NCBI GenBank assembly: GCA_050298055.1
Contig: JBNKTL010000028.1
Location: 1-64,000, forward strand
From: Spirochaetota bacterium
Lineage (GTDB): Bacteria; Spirochaetota; UBA4802; UBA5550
DNA: 64,000 bases
Direction: 5' to 3'
The notes under the pieces were generated by a model, which was not told the origin of the DNA, did not search any database, and was given only the letters and a program-made list of their open reading frames with translations. This document shows, piece by piece, positions 1 through 9,571 of the stretch. Within the stretch, counting starts at the first letter, position 1; every line of letters begins with the position of its first letter. The position numbers were made by a program, and so were the translations under genes.

Positions 1-396
1 TTCCAGAAGGAGTCCCCTGGAGACAGAAAAATTATCTCCACATTCTTTATCAGGCAAAAAATCTAAAACATCCCTGTGGCTTTCAAATGATGAGAAAAAT
101 AACTCTTTACCCTTCTTTCTCATGGTCATTACATGATTTATTGTAATCCGGTAAAGCCATGTTTTAAAGCTGCTCTTAAACTTGAATGAAGATAATTTTG
201 TTATAATCTTTATTAAAATTTCCTGTGTAACATCTTCAGCTTCATGCAGGTTCCCCGTCATATGGAGAGCTATGTTAAAGATCCAATCTTTATGGCGTAA
301 GATCAAAGTATTGAGAGCCTCAGTGTTACCCTTTGCAATAAGATGAATCAGGCTTTCATCTACCTCTGTATTATACCTGTCATTTCTTTGAACCAT
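1..396 (-). CDS. ECF-type RNA polymerase sigma-70 factor (3' end runs off window)
   Basis: Manual translation from ATG at 396 (AAGGAG RBS): MVQRNDRYNTEVDESLIHLIAKGNTEALNTLILRHKDWIFNIALHMTGNLHEAEDVTQEILIKII...SSFKTWLYRITINH. This has the sigma region 2 motifs AED..QE and F.TWLYRI..N. Confidence 0.9.
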   Translation of the reverse strand, partial: MVQRNDRYNTEVDESLIHLIAKGNTEALNTLILRHKDWIFNIALHMTGNLHEAEDVTQEILIKIITKLSSFKFKSSFKTWLYRITINHVMTMRKKGKELFFSSFESHRDVLDFLPDKECGDNFSVSRGLLLE

Positions 397-430
397 TCTT
401 TTCTCTCCTTCCTAAAACAATTTTATTTAA

Positions 431-1267
431 CTATAACCATTCAATAGATGTATCACTTCTTACTACATGTCTTTTAAAAGCAGTATTCGGATGCCCGACC
501 ACCGCAGCAGCATGAATTGTATATTCACCATAGATACCAAGGGTTTTTTCAACGGCTTTTGCGAAAAACGAAACGAATCCGTTTATGCACGTTCCAAGGT
601 GGACTTCTTCTGCTGCAATTAAAAACTGGCTCATGGCATATAAACTGTTATCCTTTGTCGTGGTTTTAGATTTCTCACCTGTCACCAGGACCAGGGCAGG
701 AGCACCATGAAACAGAGAGTCTTTAATTTTATTTTTTTCAAGAATTTTTAAAAATAAATCTACAATAGTATTATATTCATCTCTTTTTTTCTTTGGCAAA
801 AACAGTATTTTCCTGAGAATATTGAATATGTTCTTAACCTTTGTAATTTGTTGTAATACAACAGTTCTTACTTCATTCATGGTTGTCTCATCATCTATAA
901 CAATAAATTTACGCTCACTGAATTCAATGTCAAATCGTGGCGCCATGTTTGATTTGTTAATTATTTTAGTAAGGAAATCCCTATCGATTCCTTTCTTTTT
1001 ATAATCCCGGCATGAACGCCTCAGGAGAACAGGGCTGATAGTATCATCATGATTAAAAACAGTTATATCAGGTCTGCCGTTTTTGTTATAAGAAATAGCC
1101 CCCTGAGGACAAACTTTCAAACAGTGAAAACATTCTATACAATTTGTTGAATCCTCATTATAGTGAGCTTTGTTTCCCTGAAGAGTAATGTTCTTACTGA
1201 ACCCGCATTCCTGCACACAGAGTCCGCATCCTTTACACTTATTACTGTCAACAATGAAATTATTCAT
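431..1267 (-). CDS. Nitroreductase family protein with N-terminal 2x[4Fe-4S] ferredoxin domain
   Basis: CKGCGLCVQEC and CIECFHCLKVCP ferredoxin motifs, followed by the RRSCRDY nitroreductase motif and LFHGAP. Confidence 0.9.
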   Translation of the reverse strand: MNNFIVDSNKCKGCGLCVQECGFSKNITLQGNKAHYNEDSTNCIECFHCLKVCPQGAISYNKNGRPDITVFNHDDTISPVLLRRSCRDYKKKGIDRDFLTKIINKSNMAPRFDIEFSERKFIVIDDETTMNEVRTVVLQQITKVKNIFNILRKILFLPKKKRDEYNTIVDLFLKILEKNKIKDSLFHGAPALVLVTGEKSKTTTKDNSLYAMSQFLIAAEEVHLGTCINGFVSFFAKAVEKTLGIYGEYTIHAAAVVGHPNTAFKRHVVRSDTSIEWL

Positions 1268-1324
1268 GGATTTATTCTCCGAAATTTGTTTTGGAAAGAT
1301 AATTTTTTTATCCTTTTTACAATA

Positions 1325-1353
1325 TTAGACTGCAAAAAACAGGCACCGTGACA
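1325..1353 (-). promoter_or_regulatory. Putative ECF-sigma promoter (TGTCAC-N17-GTCTAA) for the nitroreductase-sigma operon
   Basis: Minus strand reads TGTCACggtgcctgttttttgcaGTCTAA about 60 nt upstream of the nitroreductase ATG. Confidence 0.45.
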
Positions 1354-1515
1354 GTTTCGATAAAAAAAATTACTGCCATCAAAAAATAATTCTGTATAAT
1401 AAGCTCACTGAAGTTCTTTTTATCTGTTATGTGAGCTCGGTAGTACAGGAAAAATCACTCAACCGGAATAAAAAAACTCCGGAGACTTCCGGTGTTTTTC
1501 AGTTCTGATACAGAC

Positions 1516-1586
1516 AGCGAAGAACCCTTAATTTATACGAAAATGCGTTCCTGGATATGCTGGTATGGTTTAAGGGTGCGGTTTAA
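1516..1586. repeat. ~70-bp direct repeat, copy 1 (copy 2 at ~2917-2988)
   Basis: agcgaagaacccttaatttatacgaaaatgc..t.ctggatatgc.ggtatggtttaag.gtg is shared with 2918-2979. Confidence 0.9.
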
Positions 1587-1626
1587 AAATTCACTTGGCA
1601 CCAAGACCAATATAAAGACTATAGGA

Positions 1627-1740
1627 CGAGTTCTTGGCCTGGTTATTGAATAGGCAGAAATTCATCAGGAAGAACTTTTTAGGAACTGGACAACATTAAA
1701 AGAAAGTAGTACATTTCAGAGAATAGAACCGCTTGTTTAA
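1627..1740 (+). pseudogene. DUF4160-family C-terminal remnant with in-frame TAG
   Basis: RVLGLVIE*AEIHQEELFRNWTTLKESSTFQRIEPLV*. TAG at 1651-1653 replaces the conserved W of the EWA..H..EL..NW motif; lies directly upstream of a DUF2442 gene. Confidence 0.7.
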
Positions 1741-1755
1741 AATGAGGTGCCTGTC

Positions 1756-2012
1756 ATGATCTGGATAATTGAAGCAAAATATGAAAAAGGTTATAAAATT
1801 ACTCTTAAATTTAATGATGGGACAACGGGCACTGTTGATCTTGAGGAAACGATCGTGAATGACAATCGTAAATTGTTTGCCGAGTTGAAAGACTTAGATA
1901 AATTTAAAAATTCAAAGTTGATATGGATACCATCGTTTGGGAGAATGGATTGGATTTGGCCCCGGAATTCCTTTTCAGTTTGGTTTCCAGAGAACAGAGT
2001 GTCTCGATTTAG
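1756..2012 (+). pseudogene. DUF2442-family protein, frameshifted
   Basis: MIWIIEAKYEKGYKITLKFNDGTTGTVDL... continues in another frame near 1910 as FKVDMDTIVWENGLDLAPEFLF (W.NG.DLAPE.L motif). Confidence 0.8.
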
Positions 2013-2176
2013 TCATTTTCTCTTATAAATTTCATAACAAACAGAGCCAGGTTATAATACCTGGCTCTTATTCTTATCATGCAGGCACCCGTGGACGATT
2101 TTCGAACTCACAAATTGAAGAGACACTGTTTGAATTGCAGTTATGGCTGATTAATAATATTTAATCAAGAGTAAGA

Positions 2177-2554
2177 TCAGGGACGGAATTTTTTTATATT
2201 AAGGCCACTTACACTTTTATAGTGTTTATCATTTGCGGTTAAAATCGGGACACCGTAAACAAGTCCTGTGGCACCTATTAAAGCATCTGCAACCTGGACT
2301 GAATGACTGAGGTAGTATTGCTCTACGATAAACATTGCTTTTGCAGATATCTCTTCCGTTATATAGAGTATTTCAGATTTCCATATTTTCATCGCTTCAC
2401 GAAGACTATTCAGTTCATGCTTATTGCGCATCCCCTGGACAAGCTCCATATATGAAATTACTGATACACTGAATCTACCGGCACGGCTTACTGCCTTCCT
2501 TGCATTTTCATTTCCTCTCATATACCAGATCAAGACATCCGTATCAATGATCAT
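2177..2554 (-). CDS. vapC: PIN-domain toxin (VapC family)
   Basis: MIIDTDVLIW...EL...DALIGATG...ILTANDKHY PIN motifs. Confidence 0.92.
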   Translation of the reverse strand: MIIDTDVLIWYMRGNENARKAVSRAGRFSVSVISYMELVQGMRNKHELNSLREAMKIWKSEILYITEEISAKAMFIVEQYYLSHSVQVADALIGATGLVYGVPILTANDKHYKSVSGLNIKKFRP

Positions 2555-2555
2555 T

Positions 2556-2786
2556 TCAGTATCTCTTCTTTCTCAGTTCTCGGACATATTCATCAACAGA
2601 CGCAGTTTCCTCGTTATCTTTCCATATTCCGAATAACTTACTTTCTTCTACAGATTTTTCAGTTTTATAAGGAACAAGTTTTGCACAGGGTTTCCCCCTG
2701 TATGTTATGGTAACCTCTTCTCCCCTGCTGACAGTTTCAAGTAGTTCTTTCGAATGAAATCTTAAATCCTTTGCCGTAGCTTTCAT
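2556..2786 (-). CDS. Phd/YefM-family antitoxin
   Basis: ATAKDLRFHSKELLETVSRGEEVTITYRGKPCAKLVP; 1 nt gap before vapC. Confidence 0.9.
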   Translation of the reverse strand: MKATAKDLRFHSKELLETVSRGEEVTITYRGKPCAKLVPYKTEKSVEESKLFGIWKDNEETASVDEYVRELRKKRY

Positions 2787-2801
2787 TTATCACACCTCAA
2801 T

Positions 2802-2823
2802 GTTTATACTTCAAAGTATAAAC
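2802..2823. promoter_or_regulatory. Palindromic operator of the Phd-VapC pair
   Basis: Perfect 10-bp arms GTTTATACTT-ca-AAGTATAAAC, 15 nt upstream of the antitoxin ATG. Confidence 0.65.
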
Positions 2824-2871
2824 TTAAATGGTGTCTGTCAAGCTATTATGAGGAAAAAAATCAGTGCATAT

Positions 2872-2909
2872 AAAAAAAAGGACTTATCCCTTAATGGGAA
2901 ATAAGTCCT
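2872..2909 (-). terminator. Intrinsic terminator-like hairpin
   Basis: aggacttat...ataagtcct stem with an A-run on + (U-tract on -). Confidence 0.55.
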
Positions 2910-2988
2910 CTGCAGGTAGCGAAGAACCCTTAATTTATACGAAAATGCTTTTCTGGATATGCAGGTATGGTTTAAGAGTGTGACTTTA
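2902..2988. repeat. ~70-bp direct repeat, copy 2, preceded by a 15-bp copy of the tRNA-Trp 3' end/flank
   Basis: taagtcctctgcagg at 2902-2916 is identical to 4506-4520; the remainder matches 1516-1586. Confidence 0.85.
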
Positions 2989-3215
2989 AAGGTGTTTTGC
3001 TGATAAATAGTGTATTTTGTTGACAGATTATTCATGATGTGGCAATTAATATATCTCAAAATCTATATGGAATATACCAGTTGCCCACCAGGCAAAAAGT
3101 TTTCATTTATTATATTACAAGTTAGGCCAGATAATGATGCCGGGATTATACGGGCTTATCCTGGGAGGTTTTATTTTTTATCCTGTCAAGTATCGAATAG
3201 AGACCTTGACTGTCA

Positions 3216-4067
3216 TTACCGAGTAATCTTACTGGATAAAAATTTAATTATATCAGTTCGATTAAATTCCCTTGCAAGATCTATTGCTGTCTGATGATTA
3301 TCATTCATCTTATTTATTTCCGCACCTTTTGCAACGAGAACTTTTACTGCATCAAGTCTACCGGCTATTACAGCTTCATTGAGGGGAGTTTCACCATAAT
3401 TATTCTGAATATTGATAATGTTCTTAATTTCTACAAGATAAACAACAATGTCGAGATAACCATACTTAACCGCAAGGTGTAATGCACAATTTCCATTATT
3501 ATTCCTTGCTGAAGCATCTGCCCCCTGTTTAATAAGATAACGTACAGCATTAACATACCCCATCTTCGCAGCAGTTATCAAGGGTGTTTCATTTCTTGCA
3601 CCCTTAACTTCAATATTACCCCCATTATTTATGATGAACCTGATATCTCTTAAACTACCCTTGTAAGCAAGTATATTCAGCACTTGGTTAGTATCATCAT
3701 AGACTGTTTCAGTCTTAGCACCTGCCTGGATAAGATACTTTATCATTTCTGATTTTCCATTCCATGCTGCAATCTCAATTGGTGTACCACTCTTGCTGTG
3801 ACTGTTAATGTTTGCGCCTTTACTCAATAGGATTTGAGCCATTTTAATACTATTTTTTCTAACAGCCAAATGCAATGGTGTTTCATATTCTTTATTTCGA
3901 GCACTAATTTCAGCACCCTTTAACAAAAGAGATTTCACCTCATCGAAAGATTCCTCTTCAACAGCAACAAATAGCATTCGATTTAATTTGTTGTCAGGAT
4001 TGTACCGCTGACATTGAACCAGTATAATCGATGCATATAAAATTATAATCAGTCTTATCTTATCCAA
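3216..4067 (-). CDS. Ankyrin repeat protein with N-terminal signal/lipoprotein-like peptide
   Basis: Repeated TPLHLA / TPLITAA / ALHLAV / TPLNEA ankyrin motifs; hydrophobic N-terminus ending VQC; AT-rich. Confidence 0.92.
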   Translation of the reverse strand: MDKIRLIIILYASIILVQCQRYNPDNKLNRMLFVAVEEESFDEVKSLLLKGAEISARNKEYETPLHLAVRKNSIKMAQILLSKGANINSHSKSGTPIEIAAWNGKSEMIKYLIQAGAKTETVYDDTNQVLNILAYKGSLRDIRFIINNGGNIEVKGARNETPLITAAKMGYVNAVRYLIKQGADASARNNNGNCALHLAVKYGYLDIVVYLVEIKNIINIQNNYGETPLNEAVIAGRLDAVKVLVAKGAEINKMNDNHQTAIDLAREFNRTDIIKFLSSKITR

Positions 4068-4238
4068 TTATTCTCACTTGTTATTGAAAAATAGCTCTTG
4101 CTTTTAAAATGATCCACATAAATTTACAATTAAAAATCTATAACAGCTCAACATATCTGTCAATGATTTATATTATATAAAAGCAATTTAGTATTTGATT
4201 AAGGATACTTCCTAAATCCAAGGCAGGGAAGAATCCAT

Positions 4239-4472
4239 GTGGAAAAACTTTTATCAAACATTGAAGAAAAAATCAGCAGTTTAAAAAACCATCCGGAAAG
4301 AGGTCATATCCCTCCCGAACTGGAGCGAATAGGAATTAAAACATACAGGGAAATTCATTTCAAACCCTACAGGATAATTTACCAGGTTTTTAAAAAAAAT
4401 GTCTATGTTCATAGCATACTGGATGGAAGAAGGGACCTGATGTCACTTTTACAGGAGAGATTACTGCGATAA
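4239..4472 (+). pseudogene. RelE/ParE-family toxin, N-terminally truncated, no antitoxin
   Basis: ISSLKNHPERG...YREIHFKPYRIIYQV...VHSILDGRRDL; the N-terminal segment and an upstream antitoxin are missing. Confidence 0.75.
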
Positions 4473-4476
4473 TTAT

Positions 4477-4506
4477 AAAAAAGGCGAGGAATGAATTCTT
4501 CGCCTT
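4477..4506 (-). terminator. Intrinsic terminator downstream of tRNA-Trp
   Basis: aaggcgaggaatgaattcttcgcctt hairpin with U-tract on the - strand. Confidence 0.7.
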
Positions 4507-4516
4507 AAGTCCTCTG

Positions 4517-4589
4517 CAGGCCACGAGGGACTCGAACCCCCAACCCTCGGTTTTGGAGACCGATGCTCTACCAATTGAGCTAGTAGCCT
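4517..4589 (-). tRNA. tRNA-Trp (CCA)
   Basis: AGGCTAC/GTGGCCT acceptor stem, TAGCTCAATTGGTAGAGC D-arm, TCGGT-CTCCAAA-ACCGA anticodon arm, GGTTCGAGTCC T-arm; CCA tail not encoded. Confidence 0.97.
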
Positions 4590-4668
4590 GTATAATCTAT
4601 ATTAATTTACAAGAAATTGAGTTTTTACTATCCGTCAAGTATAATAAAAAAAAATTTTAAAGAGTTCC

Positions 4669-6120
4669 TTAATAATACTCATTCATTACATTCTCGTCGA
4701 AGAGGTACTTCTGGTTGTCCGTGTCCACTCCCTCGATATACGCGGGGTAGTCGCCGTCAAAACATGCGGTACAGAAGTGCATCTCCGGCCTGTTGATGGA
4801 CTCAAGAAGGGTTTCAACGTTCAGATACTCTACCGATTCAACCCTGAGGTATTTTTTTATCTCCTCTATGGTATGGGTCGAGGCAATAAGTTCTTTGTGT
4901 GTGGGGATATCAATACCGTAGAAGCAGGGATACTTGGTAGGGGGCGCCGATATCCTGATATGGATCTCCTTTGCCCCGGCGATACGGAACATCTTCACGA
5001 TCTTGCGCATGGTTGTTCCCCTCATGATGGAGTCATCCACAACAACAATCCTCTTTCCGCTCACCGAGGACTTGACCACATTGTACTTTATCTTCGCGCC
5101 GAAATCGCGGATCTTCTGGGAAGGCTCGATAAATGTCCTGCCGATATAGTGGCTCCTGATCATCCCCATCTCGTAGGGTATTCCCGCCTCCCGGGCATAA
5201 CCGATGGCCGCAAAGACCGATGAATCGGGGATGGGAACAACAATATCCGCGTCCACGGGGCTCTGTTTGGCGAGCATCCTCCCCAGGGCGATCCTCATCT
5301 CCCCCACGGAGTTTCCGAATATAGTGCTGTCGGGCCGCGAAAAATAGATATATTCAAAAACGCACATTGAGTGCTCTGTGCTTTCGAAGGGGAAGTATGA
5401 CTTCATCCCGTACCGGGTGATCTCAATAAGCTCCCCCGGTTTTACGTCCCGCACGTAATCGGCATCGATAATATCAAAAGCGCATGTCTCCGACGCAAAA
5501 ACAGTGGAATGCCCCAGTCTGCCAAGGGAGAGGGGCCTGAACCCGTGAGGGTCCCTCACCGCGTATATGGCGTCCTTATTCATGACCAGCAGGGAATACG
5601 CGCCCTTCACCTGTTTCAGGGCATGAATGAGGGCTTCCAGGAAGTCCTTTATTCCCGATGTTGCCATGAGGTGGACAATGATCTCGGAATCATTCGCGGT
5701 CTGGAATATGTGCCCGTTCCTCTCCAGGTCACGCCTGAGGGTGCCGACATTTGTCAGGTTCCCGTTGTGCGCTAAAACAATTGGTCCGAGGATTGAGTCT
5801 GCCCGCAGGGGCTGGGCATTCCGGAGAAAGGATGATCCGGTGGTGGAGTAGCGGTTATGGCCTATGGCAATGTTGCCCCGGAGGTTTGCAATGTGCTCTT
5901 CGTTAAATATGTCCACGACCTTGCCCATACCGGCATACCTGTAAACATGGTGACCGTCCGACGTGGCTATCCCCGCGGATTCCTGCCCCCTGTGCTGAAG
6001 AGCATAGAGTCCCAGGTAGGAGAGGTTGGCAGCCCGGGGATTATCAAAAATCCCGAAGATACCGCACTCTTCCCTCGGTTTGAAATGATCTTTTCGGTTT
6101 GAAAACAATTTTTTTTTCAT
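4669..6120 (-). CDS. purF: Amidophosphoribosyltransferase
   Basis: EECGIFG propeptide/Cys1, QHRGQESAG, GHNRYSTTG, VVVDDSIMRGTT, CFYGID. Confidence 0.98.
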   Translation of the reverse strand: MKKKLFSNRKDHFKPREECGIFGIFDNPRAANLSYLGLYALQHRGQESAGIATSDGHHVYRYAGMGKVVDIFNEEHIANLRGNIAIGHNRYSTTGSSFLRNAQPLRADSILGPIVLAHNGNLTNVGTLRRDLERNGHIFQTANDSEIIVHLMATSGIKDFLEALIHALKQVKGAYSLLVMNKDAIYAVRDPHGFRPLSLGRLGHSTVFASETCAFDIIDADYVRDVKPGELIEITRYGMKSYFPFESTEHSMCVFEYIYFSRPDSTIFGNSVGEMRIALGRMLAKQSPVDADIVVPIPDSSVFAAIGYAREAGIPYEMGMIRSHYIGRTFIEPSQKIRDFGAKIKYNVVKSSVSGKRIVVVDDSIMRGTTMRKIVKMFRIAGAKEIHIRISAPPTKYPCFYGIDIPTHKELIASTHTIEEIKKYLRVESVEYLNVETLLESINRPEMHFCTACFDGDYPAYIEGVDTDNQKYLFDENVMNEYY

Positions 6121-6272
6121 TATTTGTGAGTTATTTAACTGTGCATATACAATTATTTAGCAGAAAACTGCAGCTTCTGAAGAACAAAAACAGCATTTTT
6201 GATATACTCATTATTGTAAAGTAATTAATCCGTCTTTTTTTCAAAATAAACAGGCACATCGATTATTATTGA

Positions 6273-6908
6273 TCAAACCCTTTCAAACTCCCCGGCATCC
6301 CCCAGGGAATTTATATTCAGGAACATCTTCCCGCTGTCCCGGAAACCTGCCCGTTCAGGGGAACCGATGATCTTAACATTCCGGTTTTCAAGAATACTGA
6401 CGATCCTCTTTGACCCCTCTTCAATAACCCTCCGGACCTCCATCCTGCAGGCGGATGAATAGAGCGCATGAAGGGGTTCCAGTTTATCGCCGTCTCCCGG
6501 TATGACCACATCGTAATCATCGGCAAATCCGGTCATGTACCGTATAAAATCGGCATTGAGAAAGGGCATATCACATGCCACGGCAAAAAGTGCCGGTTTA
6601 TCTGAGTGGACAAGGGCCGCATGGATCCCTCCTATGGGTCCCAGGTCCGGGATGAGGTCCTCAATCCTCTCAATACCGGGAAGCAGGTCATCCATTGGGG
6701 TATATGATACGAGAATAATGTCCTCAAAGATCCGGCTGATAATATCATAGACATGAAGAATAAGCTCCTTCCCCCTGAACCTGTATCTCGCCTTGTCACT
6801 TCCGAACCTTTTGCTCTTTCCCCCGGCAATGATATATGCGGATATTTCCTTCAGTTTATTTTCCACTCTTTCTCTCATGCTGAGCCCGTGTGATTTTTCA
6901 CTACTCAA
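6273..6908 (-). CDS. mobA: Molybdenum cofactor guanylyltransferase
   Basis: IIAGGKSKRFGSDKA, GPIGGI, ACDMPF, EPLHALY, FLNINS. Confidence 0.93.
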   Translation of the reverse strand: MSSEKSHGLSMRERVENKLKEISAYIIAGGKSKRFGSDKARYRFRGKELILHVYDIISRIFEDIILVSYTPMDDLLPGIERIEDLIPDLGPIGGIHAALVHSDKPALFAVACDMPFLNADFIRYMTGFADDYDVVIPGDGDKLEPLHALYSSACRMEVRRVIEEGSKRIVSILENRNVKIIGSPERAGFRDSGKMFLNINSLGDAGEFERV

Positions 6909-6999
6909 TTTTTCTCGGTATTGAATATTTCAGAACTTAAATATTTCAAATTACTTAAAAATCACACAGCCGAAGTACTAACCGGACCATGGGGGGATT

Positions 7000-7548
7000 T
7001 TACCGGTCCCTCTCCTCACTCTCCTCAATAAATCTCACGGCCTCGGAAAATCCGCTGTTCTCCTGTTCCGGAACGGGGAGCAGCCTGAGATATTTCACGA
7101 CCCTGTTTTTTTCAAACCTCTTTCTCGTATAGACCGGGTCCGCCCTGAGGGCTTTTTTATAGTAATTGTAGGATTCGAGGTACCTGTTCAGCCTGAAGGC
7201 CGTTACAGCCATATTGGCCAGCGCTTTCACGAAATTGCCGTCAATGGCAATGCACCGGTTGAGACTGGTATACGCGCTGTTATAGTCTCCCCTCTTCATG
7301 TAGACTGCAGCCAGGTTGTTGTGATAGTATTTTACAGCGGGATTATTCTCAATTGCCAGAAGAAAAAACTCTTCGGCTTTTTCATATTCTCTCTTTTCCA
7401 GAGAGCGGAGCCCCATGGTGTTGTAGTATCCCGCGGAGTTTCTCCCTGCCTTTTTCGGTCTGCCTGCAAGCGGCTGTGCAGAACAAAACGCAAAAAAGAG
7501 AGAAACAACCATGTTCAGGGAGATAAAGGCCACGGTGTTTTTTAACAT
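7000..7548 (-). CDS. Secreted tetratricopeptide repeat protein
   Basis: Signal-like N-terminus; about three TPR units (YNTMG...AIENNP; HNNLA...CIAIDG; LANMA...ALRADP). Confidence 0.85.
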   Translation of the reverse strand: MLKNTVAFISLNMVVSLFFAFCSAQPLAGRPKKAGRNSAGYYNTMGLRSLEKREYEKAEEFFLLAIENNPAVKYYHNNLAAVYMKRGDYNSAYTSLNRCIAIDGNFVKALANMAVTAFRLNRYLESYNYYKKALRADPVYTRKRFEKNRVVKYLRLLPVPEQENSGFSEAVRFIEESEERDR

Positions 7549-7604
7549 ACTACCTTCCTGGAGAACCGCTTTTATTCCTCCGCTGATCAGGCATCATTCA
7601 CCCG

Positions 7605-9266
7605 TCACATCAACTCTATGAGGGACGGCATGTAATCTCCGGGGGGATCATACCCGAGAAGCATGAGAAGCGTTGAGGCAACATTCGCAATCCCCGGCTT
7701 TTCATGGTCCACCAGCCTGTATTCACCCCCGTATCCGGGATCGAATATGATAAAGGGTACCCGGTTTGTGGTATGGGAGGTCTTATTTATCTTATTCTTG
7801 ACCGTTCCCGTTTTACCGTCAATGATAAAATCTCCGCTTTTCTTGTCTATCTCGTACATCTCTTCAAGATTGCCATGGTCTGCTGTTATAACGGCAAGTC
7901 CCCCTGCCTTTTCAACCTCTTTCAGAAGCCTGCCTATACAAATGTCCACGGTCTCTCCCGCAATAATCGCCGCATCCATGTCCCCGGTGTGACCCACCAT
8001 GTCGCCGTTGGCATAGTTCAGCCTGATAAACCGGAACTCCCCGCCCCGCAGGACCTCGATTACCTTATCGGTAATCTCCGCGGCCTTCATCCAGGGTCTC
8101 TGGTTAAATTCAACCCTGTCCGAAGGCACCTCAAAATAGGTCTCAAGATCATCGTTAAACTTTTCGGTCCTGTTGCCGTTCCAGAAATAGGTCACGTGCC
8201 CGAACTTCTGGGTTTCGGAAATGGCGTACTGTTTTACGCCTGTTCCGGCAAGATACTCGCTTACGGTGTTATCTATATCGGGAGGGTGGACAAGAAAATT
8301 TTTCGGTATTTTCAGATCACCGTCATACTCCATCATCCCCGCATAAACAACATCGGGCTTACGGACCCTGTCAAAGTGAGGGAAATCCTCGGCTTCAAAG
8401 GCTTTTGTTATCTCCAATGCCCTGTCTCCCCTGAAATTGAAGAGGATCACCGAATCACCGTCCTCAATGGTCCCCACGGGGCCGCTGTCATCAACAATGG
8501 TAAAAGAGGGAAGGTACTGGTCGATGATTCCGCTCTCCTCCGTCCTGTATGTCTCTATGGCTTCCCTGGCCGTTTTAAAGGGCCTCGATGTTCCCAGCAC
8601 ATGGGCCAGCCAGCCCTTTTTAACAATGTGCCAGTCAGCCTCGTACCTGTCCATGGTGGTGACCATCCTTCCGCCCCCTGAGGCAATCCTGTAATCAAAC
8701 CCGTTTTTGCGTTTTTTTTCAAGCTCTGTTTCAAGCTTCTCCACATACTCAAGGGCGGAGGTCTCTCCCACATCCCTGCCGTCCAGGAGAATATGGACCC
8801 GGGCCTTTTTGATTTTATCGGCAGCGGCCCTTTCGATCATGCTGAAGAGATGGTTTATGTGCGAATGAACATTGCCGTCGGAGAGGAGCCCGATAAAATG
8901 AAGGGTTGTTCCGTTATTGACCGGTTTATGTATGAGTTCTTTCCAGGTGTCGGTTTTATAGATCTTTCCCGAATGGATATCATTACTTACAAGCTTGGCG
9001 CCCTGGTCGAAAATCCTCCCCGCGCCCAGGGCATTGTGCCCCACTTCGGAATTTCCCATGTCACCGTCGTCGGGAAGGCCCACAAAAGTCCCGTGGGCAT
9101 AGATCACGGTGTTCGGAGACTCATCTTTTAACCTGTCCAGGACAGGAGTGTTTCCCAGCAGAAAGGCGTCCCCCTCTTTTTTTCTTCCTATACCGATGCC
9201 ATCCATGATGATCAGCACCAGGGGACCGTCTCTCTTTATCCTGCTGTTCTCTTTGAGCTTTTTCAC
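7605..9266 (-). CDS. gpmI: 2,3-bisphosphoglycerate-independent phosphoglycerate mutase
   Basis: LIIMDG, MGNSEVGH, LSDGNVHSH, DGRD, ETQKFGHVTYF, NGDMVGHTG, TADHGN; GTG start. Confidence 0.97.
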   Translation of the reverse strand: MKKLKENSRIKRDGPLVLIIMDGIGIGRKKEGDAFLLGNTPVLDRLKDESPNTVIYAHGTFVGLPDDGDMGNSEVGHNALGAGRIFDQGAKLVSNDIHSGKIYKTDTWKELIHKPVNNGTTLHFIGLLSDGNVHSHINHLFSMIERAAADKIKKARVHILLDGRDVGETSALEYVEKLETELEKKRKNGFDYRIASGGGRMVTTMDRYEADWHIVKKGWLAHVLGTSRPFKTAREAIETYRTEESGIIDQYLPSFTIVDDSGPVGTIEDGDSVILFNFRGDRALEITKAFEAEDFPHFDRVRKPDVVYAGMMEYDGDLKIPKNFLVHPPDIDNTVSEYLAGTGVKQYAISETQKFGHVTYFWNGNRTEKFNDDLETYFEVPSDRVEFNQRPWMKAAEITDKVIEVLRGGEFRFIRLNYANGDMVGHTGDMDAAIIAGETVDICIGRLLKEVEKAGGLAVITADHGNLEEMYEIDKKSGDFIIDGKTGTVKNKINKTSHTTNRVPFIIFDPGYGGEYRLVDHEKPGIANVASTLLMLLGYDPPGDYMPSLIELM

Positions 9267-9571
9267 CTCTGGTCCTGGTCAAGGAGAAATTTTTCAAGGC
9301 CTGATATTGAAATGACCTTGTGGACTTTATCACCGGGATTTATCAGCGTAAAATTTTTGCCCATCTTCACAACCATTTTCTTGACCCTGACAAATTCAGC
9401 CAGGTTCTTTGAGTCAATCTGACTGATATTTGACATGTCAAAAACGATATCCCTCTCCTCTTTCTGGAGAAACCGGGTAACCAGCCTGTCCAGGTCTGAG
9501 ATTATCTCTGAAAGCTCTCTGTCCGGTATAATGAATATTCTCTCTGTTTCATTATCAATGTAATCAATCAT
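9263..9571 (-). CDS. STAS-domain (anti-sigma antagonist) protein
   Basis: IVFDMSNISQIDS...VHKVISISGL; ATG at 9571 with GGGGAG RBS; overlaps the gpmI start. Confidence 0.8.
   Translation of the reverse strand: MIDYIDNETERIFIIPDRELSEIISDLDRLVTRFLQKEERDIVFDMSNISQIDSKNLAEFVRVKKMVVKMGKNFTLINPGDKVHKVISISGLEKFLLDQDQR

Noticed and set aside
1516..4472. Integron cassette array
   Set aside because: The boundary repeats are not palindromic RYYYAAC...GTTRRRY sites, genes lie on both strands, and no intI is present
7704..8681. 325-aa plus-strand ORF, and similar long ORFs at 12324-13223 and 46005-46934
   Set aside because: Antisense shadows of well-supported genes, with no recognisable motifs
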